Below are positions 13,290 through 23,860 of a DNA stretch of 64,000 nucleotides, one piece after another (positions within the stretch are counted from its first letter, which is position 1; every line of letters begins with the position of its first letter). This stretch comes from Lama guanicoe (taxonomy: Eukaryota). The translations under genes were made by a program, and so were the position numbers. The DNA is taken from contig MU053482.1 of the NCBI GenBank assembly GCA_013239625.1, positions 595,168 to 659,167 of the forward strand, written 5' to 3'. Below the pieces are notes generated by a model that made no database searches, had not been told where the DNA came from, and saw nothing but the letters and a program-made list of their open reading frames with translations.

Positions 13290-15076
13290 GCCTGAGGAAT
13301 TTATAAAATTTTTTTATTTATACATGGTACTTTCAACTTCAAAATCAAAGTTAATGAATGATACATAAAACTTCATAGTTAAAAGCTTAAATGGTTCATT
13401 AAACAAATATGAAAAGCATTCAGCAAATGTTAATATTGCAGAGTTTTCAAGGATGCAGTGATGTCAGAGACAGGTGCTATATTATGCATGGGTTCTGTTT
13501 TTATCACTATTTCAACTATCATATTAGGAGGTCCTTCCAACTCTCAGTGAGACTACTTTTTAGGGAACAAAAGGAAAAGCTTACTGTGCAAGAACATCAG
13601 TTTCCCATATAATGTTTCTGTTCCAGGATTTCTTCTGGAGATGTGGTGATTTGACCAGAAACAGAGTATGCTGGATGCCCTTGAGGGTACAAAGATAGCA
13701 CAGTCAGCACTCCTGTCTCCCAGCTCTGAAGACCCAAGTCCTTTGACACCTGTTCTTTGGACAGTCTGTCTTCAGTGGCTGAGGAGGGTAGAGAGTGTGC
13801 CCTTAAATGGAAGGCAATGGAAGCCCTTATGTCAGGTATGAAGAAATTTTCTTGTTAGTATCAGGACTACTTTAGATCATCAGCTTTGAGAACCTAGCAT
13901 AAGTCATGTTTCAGAAGGTATAGGTTTGCAGAATGGTGATTTTTCCCCCTCCCAGATCCTTGGTTGGCTTCAGGGTGCTTTTCATGTTTATTTGTGATCA
14001 TAATTCTATGGATCAAATAGTGTGAAAAGTCACAAGGGTGCCTGATTTGGAGATGCGCATTTTCTTATATTTTAATACTTAAAAAGCATCTCTTATCAAA
14101 ATATCACCATGTTAAAAACTGTATATTTTTGATATTTTAATCTTGAAGGAGTAGTTTTTAAAATCATTAATGGATTAATCAAATTTGACCTTGCCCAAAG
14201 CCTTGATTAAAATGGCCCTTTTTACCTGGTCATAAATTTCATTCCATAAAGCATTCCTACTCAGACTTGTACAAGTTCCAGTATTTGAATACCTAAGCTC
14301 CTGTGAATGTTTTCTTTTTCTTTTCTTTAAAAAAACATGTAGAGGCAAGTGGCAAGGTGCCAGGGAAGAAGAGAGTGATGGTTAAATGAGGGAAAAAATT
14401 ATATAATTTCTATTTTCAATATTTGTTAGGTAATGTTTCCTGAATTGATGCAGGCTCTATTCTGGTCAAGTTTCTGTTTTTTTCTTAACAGTATAAACCT
14501 AAATAGCACTCTATTTGGGAATTGAGAATCATGAACTTTTCATGAGTTTTTTTGCATTCAAGCATTAATACTCTTCTTGACAATTGCAGAGTATGTAAAA
14601 AAATACAATGAAAAGAGAATACAATTTTGCAGCTTGCAGTCAATAAGTGTATATTAATTGAAATAGCCATATATTTATTATATAGAATTTATAGCAGTGT
14701 ACAGTGATTTTAATTTACTTCTATGAAAATGATTTACTTGAGAGTGTATGTAACATTCTATATTTAAAAATAAAAAGCAGCATTCAGAATAATAGTTTAA
14801 AATATGAAGTAGGTATTTTAAATGATTTTATTTGAGTGTATCATGCACTCATATATTTTAGTAATTTGTTTTTAAAGCAGAAGGAATTGAGGCAGAGAAA
14901 AGTGAAATCCTTTTCTGGCAAATCTTCAGCTATTGCTGTTAATTGACATAGTTTTAGATCCTTCATCTGAAAAATCTAGAATGAAGGCTTTCATTATGTG
15001 GAGGTGGTATTTTAAGATTGTTTGGGTAATGTGCCTCTTTGTTCAAATACTGGGTCTCTTTTGTGGTTATTGAGTA
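13290..15076 (-). other. Probable GVIN1 3' UTR with candidate AATAAA signals
   Basis: Largely repeat-free AT-rich sequence after the stop codon. TTTATT (minus-strand AATAAA) occurs at 14827-14832, 14674-14679 and about 13313-13318. The true 3' end cannot be determined from sequence. Confidence 0.4.
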
Positions 15077-18000
15077 TTAATTATTTTTCAAGTAATAAAG
15101 TACGTCCAGCTTTGTGATTTTGTTCCATGCATCAGGAATTGCACCTTTACCTATAAATCTTCTGTGATATTTTTCTTCCAGCTGTGATCTGAAGTGAGAG
15201 ACAAACCATTTCCAGTATGGCTGGGTGGATGTGTCTGGGGTGATACTCCATTCGGCATACTCCCCTCCTGCCTGTCGATAGTTCTTAAATGGAATTTCCC
15301 TGCCATCTTTCAAAGCCAAAAAACAATCACTTGCTACCATACTAGTACAAAAATCAATGACAAACGTTTCTGTTTTTTGCCAATGCATTCCACCAATAGC
15401 CTGTGGACGGTGGTAGGGAACACTATGATATCCTTCGTGGGTGGGGATTGTGTTTGTACAAATTGCTCTGCAGAAGGGACACTGTTTCCAGCAGCCATGG
15501 AGATGTTCAGAGAGCATTTTCTGGATTTCAGGAACAATGTCTTCTACAAGCATACACAAATAGTTCTGTGCTACTCCCTCTATTGCAGGATCCAAAGCTT
15601 TACTCATGGCTTCTTTGAGAAACTCAATATCTTTTATCTCCTGGTGTTCAATGCTTATCAAGTCTTTTCGTGGAAAGATCAAGTTACCCCCCAGGTGATC
15701 ACAGAACAAATCCAACCACTCAGACACTGTGCTGCTGTTATCTTTAGCTATTGCTGTGGATGCATGAATAGCTGAGAGGATGGCATTCTTGATGTCATCT
15801 AAACTTATTTTTAAAAAAGTCTTCATTTTTTCATTTCTTTGCGCAGAACAATATCTTTTAATATTGTTTTCAAAGTAAGTCTTAAAAAATGACTCTGAAT
15901 TTTGAAGGTACTCCCAGTACATATCAAAATTTTCCTCTTCTGCCAGAGAGATGAGAATGTGTTTCTCCAGATTAGTCCTGTTTCCATTGAATGCTGGGCA
16001 GGCAGCTCGCATGTCCCCAGCAATTTTGTGGGCCATAGTTTTCCTTACAGTGGTGGAGATAGCAGGGGTGAGTTTGTGCCACAGAAAATCAACAAATGTT
16101 TTGATTGAGGTTGCTCCTTGACAAGAGATCTTAAAACTCATGAAGAAATCATCTTTCTTGCTTTCTAGATAGTTCACAGAATCATTTGCTCTCTTGAATT
16201 CCTTGTGTATCTCCTTAAACTTCATGGCTGCCCTTCGGAATAAACACAATGATAAGTCAATTTCATATTTTCTTGTAACTGTACATCTTTCTTGAATGGG
16301 AGCAGATTTCACCTCCTCACCTATGATTTTCAGGATTTCATAGAAATAACTTGGACTGTAATCATGCCTTTGCTTACTAATGCTGTTAATAGTTTCATTA
16401 AATTTTGAAATAATTCGGTCAGTAATGGAATTTACAGACTCTATATCCTGGGGCTCTAATGTCAGTGGATAAATGTTAAAATATTTCTTGTTCATCTTGA
16501 TATGTTTGTCATATTTGATTTGAAAGTTTTCTCCAAAATTTTTCTTCAGTCTGTCCACCATATTTTTCTCCTTTTTGAAATAATCCAAGAGGATGTTTTC
16601 AGAATCCACTTCAATATTAGGCTCTGTGACTGGCAGGAGATTTGAGAACACATCACAGACCCATTTTTCCCAAAGTGGGTTGAATTTCTCATGTAGTTCT
16701 TCCTCACTCAATTCTGTGCCCTTTACAGTTAAAGCCAACTTTTGGCTTTTTTCCAATAATTCCTTTTCATAAGCTGATTTTTTGTTATCCAGTTCTTCTT
16801 GCTGTTCTTTAAAACTAATAATTTCTTTGGCTTTACTTTGGCTGTCTAAAATTAGTTTCTCTTTAAGGATCATTAGCTTGTTTTCAAAACTTCCTTTCCA
16901 CTGAACCAGTACTTCACTATCTGGATCTTCATTAAAGTATTTTTCAAGTTCTTGCTTGATGGCTTCATATTTTTCTGTAACTGGAGCCTCAAGCATGTGT
17001 GTTTCAGGTGTTTGGATTTTTCCATTCTGAATCTGGTTGGTCAGCTGGTCCTGCAAGGTCAGCACATGACTCCTCAGCTCCCAGGTCCAGTAGTTATACA
17101 TTGTTTCCAATTTGCTCATGGCCATGACCTCTCTGGTGTTCCTGAAACTGAAAATAAAGTTCTCATTCAACAGGGCTCTCCACAAATCTTGAACTCGGAA
17201 TTTTACATCCGATATCTTCATGATGCTGCCCCTGCACTCCTGTTTGGCAGCCAAAAGAATTCTACTTTTGAGTTCCTGGACATTGTAGCTGTAGTCAGGA
17301 TTGGGAGGGGCCATTGGGGGACTGCCATCCCAGAGGTGAGCAAAGTAGTAGACGTGAGTATTGACATCAAACTTAATGACATCACTAAAGCGGGTTACAT
17401 CTGAGCACTGTTCTTCTTCAGCAGCTGTTGCTGCCATTTCATCTAACCTCTGCTCTATTCGCCTTCTTTCTTCCATAGTTTGGTCTTTAGCTGTAACTTC
17501 CCCCACATTCTGATGGACAAAGAAACAAGTGGGAGAGATTTTTACTTGTTTCATCCTCAGAAAAGCTTGGACGACTATTTGTAGAATATCCTGCATTTCT
17601 GATGGATTTTCCCCAAAAACATTGATCAGAGTCAAATTTCCAAGTCCGATGACAAAGGTTGCCAACTCATTGTCCCGATTCTGGGACTTGTTGCTGAGTT
17701 CTGGGGCTCGAAGTCCTTCTGTATCTACAACAAGCATGAAGTCAAAGCCAAGTTCCTCTGTGAATGTCTCCTCCACCTTCAGGAGCTGCATATAGGCCCC
17801 CCGGGTACACCTCCCAGCACTGACAGTGAACTGCAGCCCAAAAATGGCATTCAGTAAAGTGGACTTCCCTGAGCTCTGTAGGCCAAGGATTGAGAGGACA
17901 AACAGCCGTTTGTTTCCAAGCTTCTCAGATACCTGGTCGAAAACAGCTGCCACCCACTTTAGGGGCACATATGAAGCATCCCCATCCATCAGCTCAATGG

Positions 18001-21000
18001 GAACCCCAGATATCATCAGATCTGCAGCAATGTGGGGAAGGGAGAGAAGGAGACTATCTTTTATGGAAGAAGCTTCTTCCAAAGCTTCATAGATCTGACC
18101 AAATTCTCTGAGAATTTGCTTAGTTCCCAAGGAACAGTCACTAATCTCTCTGGAGATAGCTTCTATCTCACTTTGCCAGGCTTTCAGGGACTTACTTTTT
18201 GGTGCCTCTTGCTTTTCTTTTTGGACCACTGACCACAAAGCCTTTTTCTTCTCATTTAGGTTTTCCAAGTGTCCTGCAGTCAATTTGTCTAAAAACACAC
18301 TCAGCCATTGCAAGAAGTAGAGTTTGGTGTGAGTTTCTGAATGATTTTGGAGAATTTCAAGGACAGAATTCATTAAGTCATTGAGAGGAAAGGCTCTCCT
18401 TAGCTGTGCCTGTCGTAGTGATTGTTTCTCCGTCTCAATCTCACTCTTGTGTTGTTCAATGCTTCGATTCCCCTTTTCTCTTAGATGATAGAGTTCTTTG
18501 TCCTTTTTACACCAAAGTTGCCACAGTTTTCCCTGAAGGGGTAGTATTTTTTCCTTCACCTGAGATATTTCCACTTTTTCCAGTGGATCCATTAGAACCT
18601 CTGCCTTTTCTCTGGCTTCCTTGCAGTCTCTCTGGTCTTCATCAATAAGCAGTCCTTGCTTGCGAGCAACTTGGGCACAGTCCTCCAGGCTGAGGGCAGT
18701 GTCAGAGAGCTCTAGCAACCGTCTGATTGTAATTGTGAGCTCCTCTATTAATTCTGCTTCATTTCTGTTCCTAATTCCAATTTTCACCCGTAGGCCAGAA
18801 GTATTGGCCATCCGTTTTTCTTTATCATCAAGCAAACAGATTAAAGGTTTTGATGACTGACACAGGTCATGGACAATTTTTTGGTTTTCCTTATTGTCAT
18901 CAGAAGTTGCCATGAGGACCACAATGAGAGAAGAGACCTCCTGCAAAAAGGTGAGTTGCTTCTTATGTTCCTTTGCATCTCCGTGAAGATTGGTGAAGGT
19001 TAAGCAGTTGTCAAATCTGTCCTCATATCTCACCCCAGGACAGAACCAGGCAACTTCCACCACACCTCCCATCAAGAGACAGTTCCTGCTGCTCCCTTTG
19101 CAGTGTCGGTGAAAAAAGACATCATGCTTTCGTTTAGTGAGAAGACAGTTCATGATCTGAGATTTGGAGGCAGAGAAGTCATTTCCAACTCTAAGAAAGG
19201 ACACAATTGGGGTAGAGACACGACACATCTGCTGATTCTTGTAATTGTCCTTCTCCTCCTTTGTTGATTTCCTTGCTTGCTGCCAGCTCCTCCTAATTTG
19301 ACTGAGAGACCAGAGGGAGAATTCAATTTGAGAATTGCAGGGAGTAGGTATGAGGAGGGGGAGGGCAAACTGACAAATCGAAAGTTTGCCGAAAATATAT
19401 TGTCTGGCAAAATCATCTGCACAGTGAAGAATTGCCATCTGAATATCCATAGGGTGAATGCAGGACCTCACATTAGTAGCTGAAGGTTTAGTGGGACTAT
19501 CATTGTGTTCAGTGAAGTCTTCATATGGATCAAAAGTGTCATTTTCTTGATTTGAGGTGCTTGGATAGACTTGCTTCTCTGTGTATCCACCATCTTTGAT
19601 GATCAGGTATCTAAACCCATAATCCAGCATCAGTAGCTTCTGTAGGAAGTAGAAGGGAAGCTCTCTTTCAGAGCAGGGCTGGGTATTGTGCACAGACGTC
19701 TTGTAGATCTGATGGAAGTTAGCTGTGCTCATCTGTTTTGGGTAGTAATGTTCTAGGTCTAGACGCTGGAGTAATTCTAGGAAGGCTTGATTTTCTATGA
19801 CCTCACATTTGTTATTTTCATTATCATGTGTTTCATGGGGCTGTTTTATTTCATGCAAGAGACTTAGCAATTGTTTACTCTCCTCATCCCTTTGCAATGA
19901 AGAGATGGTGTCTCCATACTCACCATCAGTGAGCGATCTCAGGTCTTTTTCTAGGTTTTCCCAGTTATGATCTGCTCCAGGTTTGGAGAGGACTTGTACA
20001 ACTTCTTTAGACAAAGATTGTGCCATGTGATGTCTTACCAATGCCAAGCGTTGTGTTTTCTCCTCTGGAGAAACAGCTTTGTCACTAACTGTAGCTGTCA
20101 AACCTGTGAGTACCAGGAATGCATGAGCCCTGCAGTCACAAATATTTTTGAGCTCCTTGTATTTACCTTTGGCACTTTGCATTTCATTCAGTAGGAAGTC
20201 TAACTCATCACACCCCAAGAGATATTGAAAAGTATTGTTTACCCCATGATATCCTGCACCAGTGGCAATGGAAAGTAGCAAGATGTGTGTGTCTTGCTGC
20301 CCTGTTTCTTGGAGGTAATTCAAGAAGCAGCCAAGAGACAAGCTGACCTCATTAGTAGCCTTGCTTTGAGCTTCTTCCACTGATTCTGTGGACTCAGATT
20401 TGGCCTTCACTTCCATAAGGTCATTCTTGTTTCTTTCAAGGATTTTAATCAATTCAGAAAATTTGGTGACGTTTACATGCTCTTGGTCTGGCTCTGACTG
20501 GAAGATCCACTGCATAATGGAATCAGCCTGTGGAAAGTTTGACACTTTGTAGATGTAAGGATCCAAAAGGCTGCGCAACTGAGATTTGATAAATTCAGTT
20601 CCAGAAATAGAAGATTTTTTGCAAAAGTTGACTGTGTTTACCAGAAAATTTTGTAGACCCCAATCTGTGAGGCATCTATGAATCCAAAAGTCATAACTTT
20701 TTATTTTCTGAGTCAACATTTGCATGAAATATATCAGCTTTTTCAGCTGCTCTTCAGGATCGGAAACCTCCCAGGATTTCACATTGTCTAGGAAAACAGT
20801 AGCTGCCTTCTCAGCACTCAGTAATTCTTCTCCCTCCTGGATCTGGGCAGTGAGCCCAGTCAGAGCAGTGTAGCTGTCTTTCAGGTGCTCAGCTACCTGA
20901 AGAGGTTGTTTGAAATCACTTCTGTGGCTCGAGAGGATGATATCCCAAATGGGCACGAGCTGATTTCCCCGGTCAATGACACACCAGGTTTGATTATTGG

Positions 21001-22366
21001 CCACCAGGCCAGTTTTCCACTGTAAAAGGCCATTTGCTTCTGGTGGACCACCTGTCTGGGCCACAGATAATTGCACTTCGGTTTTAAGATTTTGCAAGTT
21101 AATGTTCTCAAAGGCTGTGTTTGAAAGATTTTGTGACATATCCACACCTGCAGCACCTTTCACTCCAAAGCCAGTGTAGCTCCCCATTATGTAAATATCC
21201 AGGGCATCTGCTGTCTGCTGTTTGACTGCTTCCAGATGCTCACTTTGGAAACCCTCTGAAATGGCTTTCCACCAGTAGATTCCTCCCAGGTGCAAAGGGC
21301 CCTGGTTAGCATGAGAGCCAAACCTTTGGAAGAATTCTTCAGTCCTGCGCCTCAGCAAGGGAAGTCTATCTGAGTCTGTGGGCTGACCCAAAAGATCTTC
21401 AATGCTTTTCAGTTCCTGGAGAGCAGGCTTGGAGAACTGGAGCTGATCAACAGCAAAGTGGCAGGAGGCCAGCGGGATGTAGTTGAACTTGGTTGAGCAG
21501 AAATAAGAGTGCTTAGAATGTGACTGCCGTCTTTCCTCAGATTCTGAGTCTTTCTTCTGATCCATACCAGCTTTTAGGCTTAATCCCCAACCTCCACCCT
21601 TTGCTAAGGCAGTTGCACTGAAGCCCAGCTTCTCTATAGTCTGAGTGAACATGGATTCTGCTTGAGAAGATGTAAATTCTGTTGTTTTCATCCGTGTACC
21701 CTGCTGTGGGCCGCACAGTGAGAACTCCTTGGGGACACTGAGTAGCTCCTCTCTCTTCTCTATCAGGCCCCCTTGGTCACTAGTTTTGTAAATTCCCTGC
21801 AGGGCTAATCCTCCAGATGCATATCTCACCAGCTCTCCATCTGGGAGGTTTTTCCTGTGAGACAGTGTCCCCTCTGTGTGGTTGAGTTGTTTCTGCAGTT
21901 TTTCTATGACTTCTCGGAGGGACTTTTCAGGAGGTGGCCAGTACTCTTTGGGGATTTCCATTGCCTGCCTCAGCTCTTCCTCCTTTTTCCTCACTGCTTC
22001 TTCCTGCCGCTGCCTCCCTTCTGAAAGCAACTCTTCCAGCTCCTGCAGAGCCTGTTTTGTCTGCTTCAGCCTTTTCTTTAATGTTTCCACCTGAGACTCC
22101 GGTAACTCTGCAAGACGATTTGAGTGTGACAGGTTAAGCAACCTCTCCAGGGCCCTTTCCTCCCAGGAATGTTGCGCCAGTGATTTCAGCTTCTGTAGGT
22201 CTTCCTCATTTAGGTGTTGTAAGGCCTGGGCACAGGTCACACCCAGGTGTTCCCTCAGCTTCGGCAACCAGAACTCAACTGCCAGTCCTAATTCTCTCAG
22301 CTGCTCTTGGAGTTCTTGCCTCCTTTTGCCTCTGAGCTGGGGCTCATTATCATCTGCTGTGTCCAT
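15077..22366 (-). CDS. GVIN1: Interferon-induced very large GTPase 1 (VLIG/GVIN1), about 2429 aa, whole CDS in one exon
   Basis: Uninterrupted 7290-nt ORF. P-loop LSILGLQSSGKSTLLN (GLQSSGKST at 17858-17884), G2 RCTRGAYMQL, G3 VVDTEGL. URG4/VLIG-type blocks HPMDIQMA...CQFALPLLIP, SKSQIMNCLL and FTNLHGDA. C-terminal CWKQCPFC...HRP and PYWKWF. The first ATG (22364-22366) lies 2 nt after a splice acceptor. Confidence 0.95.
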   Translation of the reverse strand: MDTADDNEPQLRGKRRQELQEQLRELGLAVEFWLPKLREHLGVTCAQALQHLNEEDLQKLKSLAQHSWEERALERLLNLSHSNRLAELPESQVETLKKRLKQTKQALQELEELLSEGRQRQEEAVRKKEEELRQAMEIPKEYWPPPEKSLREVIEKLQKQLNHTEGTLSHRKNLPDGELVRYASGGLALQGIYKTSDQGGLIEKREELLSVPKEFSLCGPQQGTRMKTTEFTSSQAESMFTQTIEKLGFSATALAKGGGWGLSLKAGMDQKKDSESEERRQSHSKHSYFCSTKFNYIPLASCHFAVDQLQFSKPALQELKSIEDLLGQPTDSDRLPLLRRRTEEFFQRFGSHANQGPLHLGGIYWWKAISEGFQSEHLEAVKQQTADALDIYIMGSYTGFGVKGAAGVDMSQNLSNTAFENINLQNLKTEVQLSVAQTGGPPEANGLLQWKTGLVANNQTWCVIDRGNQLVPIWDIILSSHRSDFKQPLQVAEHLKDSYTALTGLTAQIQEGEELLSAEKAATVFLDNVKSWEVSDPEEQLKKLIYFMQMLTQKIKSYDFWIHRCLTDWGLQNFLVNTVNFCKKSSISGTEFIKSQLRSLLDPYIYKVSNFPQADSIMQWIFQSEPDQEHVNVTKFSELIKILERNKNDLMEVKAKSESTESVEEAQSKATNEVSLSLGCFLNYLQETGQQDTHILLLSIATGAGYHGVNNTFQYLLGCDELDFLLNEMQSAKGKYKELKNICDCRAHAFLVLTGLTATVSDKAVSPEEKTQRLALVRHHMAQSLSKEVVQVLSKPGADHNWENLEKDLRSLTDGEYGDTISSLQRDEESKQLLSLLHEIKQPHETHDNENNKCEVIENQAFLELLQRLDLEHYYPKQMSTANFHQIYKTSVHNTQPCSERELPFYFLQKLLMLDYGFRYLIIKDGGYTEKQVYPSTSNQENDTFDPYEDFTEHNDSPTKPSATNVRSCIHPMDIQMAILHCADDFARQYIFGKLSICQFALPLLIPTPCNSQIEFSLWSLSQIRRSWQQARKSTKEEKDNYKNQQMCRVSTPIVSFLRVGNDFSASKSQIMNCLLTKRKHDVFFHRHCKGSSRNCLLMGGVVEVAWFCPGVRYEDRFDNCLTFTNLHGDAKEHKKQLTFLQEVSSLIVVLMATSDDNKENQKIVHDLCQSSKPLICLLDDKEKRMANTSGLRVKIGIRNRNEAELIEELTITIRRLLELSDTALSLEDCAQVARKQGLLIDEDQRDCKEAREKAEVLMDPLEKVEISQVKEKILPLQGKLWQLWCKKDKELYHLREKGNRSIEQHKSEIETEKQSLRQAQLRRAFPLNDLMNSVLEILQNHSETHTKLYFLQWLSVFLDKLTAGHLENLNEKKKALWSVVQKEKQEAPKSKSLKAWQSEIEAISREISDCSLGTKQILREFGQIYEALEEASSIKDSLLLSLPHIAADLMISGVPIELMDGDASYVPLKWVAAVFDQVSEKLGNKRLFVLSILGLQSSGKSTLLNAIFGLQFTVSAGRCTRGAYMQLLKVEETFTEELGFDFMLVVDTEGLRAPELSNKSQNRDNELATFVIGLGNLTLINVFGENPSEMQDILQIVVQAFLRMKQVKISPTCFFVHQNVGEVTAKDQTMEERRRIEQRLDEMAATAAEEEQCSDVTRFSDVIKFDVNTHVYYFAHLWDGSPPMAPPNPDYSYNVQELKSRILLAAKQECRGSIMKISDVKFRVQDLWRALLNENFIFSFRNTREVMAMSKLETMYNYWTWELRSHVLTLQDQLTNQIQNGKIQTPETHMLEAPVTEKYEAIKQELEKYFNEDPDSEVLVQWKGSFENKLMILKEKLILDSQSKAKEIISFKEQQEELDNKKSAYEKELLEKSQKLALTVKGTELSEEELHEKFNPLWEKWVCDVFSNLLPVTEPNIEVDSENILLDYFKKEKNMVDRLKKNFGENFQIKYDKHIKMNKKYFNIYPLTLEPQDIESVNSITDRIISKFNETINSISKQRHDYSPSYFYEILKIIGEEVKSAPIQERCTVTRKYEIDLSLCLFRRAAMKFKEIHKEFKRANDSVNYLESKKDDFFMSFKISCQGATSIKTFVDFLWHKLTPAISTTVRKTMAHKIAGDMRAACPAFNGNRTNLEKHILISLAEEENFDMYWEYLQNSESFFKTYFENNIKRYCSAQRNEKMKTFLKISLDDIKNAILSAIHASTAIAKDNSSTVSEWLDLFCDHLGGNLIFPRKDLISIEHQEIKDIEFLKEAMSKALDPAIEGVAQNYLCMLVEDIVPEIQKMLSEHLHGCWKQCPFCRAICTNTIPTHEGYHSVPYHRPQAIGGMHWQKTETFVIDFCTSMVASDCFLALKDGREIPFKNYRQAGGEYAEWSITPDTSTQPYWKWFVSHFRSQLEEKYHRRFIGKGAIPDAWNKITKLDVLYYLKNN

Positions 22367-22397
22367 CGCTTGAGGAAGAAAAAACACTCAGTTAGCC
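22367..22397 (-). promoter_or_regulatory. Branch point, polypyrimidine tract and 3' splice acceptor of the GVIN1 coding exon
   Basis: Minus strand reads ggCTAACtgagtg, a T-rich tract, cttcctcaAG|cgATG. CTAAC is at 22391-22395 and the AG at 22369-22370. Confidence 0.85.
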
Positions 22398-22432
22398 TAT
22401 GTCATTGTTATACATAGCTCTGTGATTAATCT

Positions 22433-23860
22433 TCAGTAATGTGTTGCTTTTCTATACACTAATAATGAACTATCAGTAAAAGGAATTGAGGGAACAATCC
22501 CATGTAGTCCCACACCAAAAAGAATAAAATAGCTGGCAATAAACTTAACCAAGGAGGTGAAAGACATATAGTTTGAAAACTGTGAAACACTAATGAAGGA
22601 ATTTGGAGATAATACAAAGAAATGGACAGACATGCTGTCTTCCTTGAGTAGAAGAATTAATGTTAAAATGTCCATAATACCCAAAGCAACCTATAGATTT
22701 AATGCAGTCACTATCAAACTACCTATAACATTTTCTACAAAGTATAATAAATAATCATAAAATTTACTTGGAACCACAAAACACCCCAAATTTCCAAAGT
22801 GTCTTGAGAAAAAACAAAGCTGGAGGTATCACAGTCTCTGATGCAGACTATACTGCAAAATGATAGTAATCAAAACAGCATTGTACTGGCATAAAAATAG
22901 AGACATAGGTCAATGGATAAGAATATAGAGCCCAGAAATAAACCCATGCATTTATGGTCAATTAATCTATGATAAAGGAGGCAAGTACGCAGTGGAGAGA
23001 AGAGAGTCCCTTCAATAAGTGGTGCTGGAAAACTGGAGAGCCACATTAAAAGAATGGATTAGCAAAAACAGGCAGAAGACCTAAATAAGCATTTCTCCAA
23101 AGAACAGATACAGATGGCCAACAGGCACATGAAAAGATGCTCAGCATCACTAGTTGTTAGAAAAATGCAAATCAAAACCACAATGAGGGATCACCTCACA
23201 CTGGTAAGAATGGCTATCATCAAATAGTCTACAAATAATAATTGCTGAAGAGGGTGTGGATAACAGGGTAAATATGTATTTATAAAGAAGAAGTCATATT
23301 TATGTGTGTGTGTATATATACTTGTGTGTATATATACATATACACATACACATACATCACATATTACTGCACCATAAAAAAGAATGAAATATTGCCATTT
23401 GCAATTACATGGATGGATGTAGAGAATATTATTCTACATATAATAAGTCAGACAGAGAAGGACACATGCTCTATGTTCTCACTTATGTGTGGAATCTAGA
23501 AATTTAAAGAAATGAATGTATGTAACAAAATAAGCAGATTCATAGACATAGAAAACAAACTAGTGGTATCAGTGGGGAGAGGAAATGGGTAGGAGAAAGA
23601 CTAGGGTATGGGACTAAGAGATTAAAAACTACATAGAGGACTATATTCAATACCTTGTAATAGCCTATAATGAAAAAAAAGAGATAAAACTACTATGTAT
23701 AAAATAAATACGCAACAAGGACATATTGTACAGCATGGGAAAATATAGCCATTATTTTATAATAACTTTAAATGCCATATAATCCATAAAAATATGGACT
23801 CACTATGTTGTACACCTGAAAGTAAAATAATATGGTAAATCAAATATAATTCCATGAAAA
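22433..23860 (+). mobile_element. 5'-truncated LINE-1 (ORF2 3' part with deletions + 3'UTR), intronic and antisense to GVIN1
   Basis: 'aataaacttaaccaaggaggtgaaagac', 'caacaggcacatgaaaagatgctcagcatcact' and an L1 3'UTR ending at about 23855. Confidence 0.9.

Noticed and set aside
14897..14907. IRF-like GAAAAGTGAAA in the GVIN1 3'UTR
   Set aside because: It is a single isolated motif in AT-rich DNA with no supporting cluster.
15194..22137. Plus-strand and alternate-frame ORFs (up to 193 aa) overlapping GVIN1
   Set aside because: These are shadow ORFs of a long coding exon with no recognisable motifs.
22367..22387. N-terminal extension MFFLPQA in the ORF track (2436 aa)
   Set aside because: It starts at a GTG and translates the polypyrimidine tract and acceptor. 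The real start is most likely the ATG at 22366.
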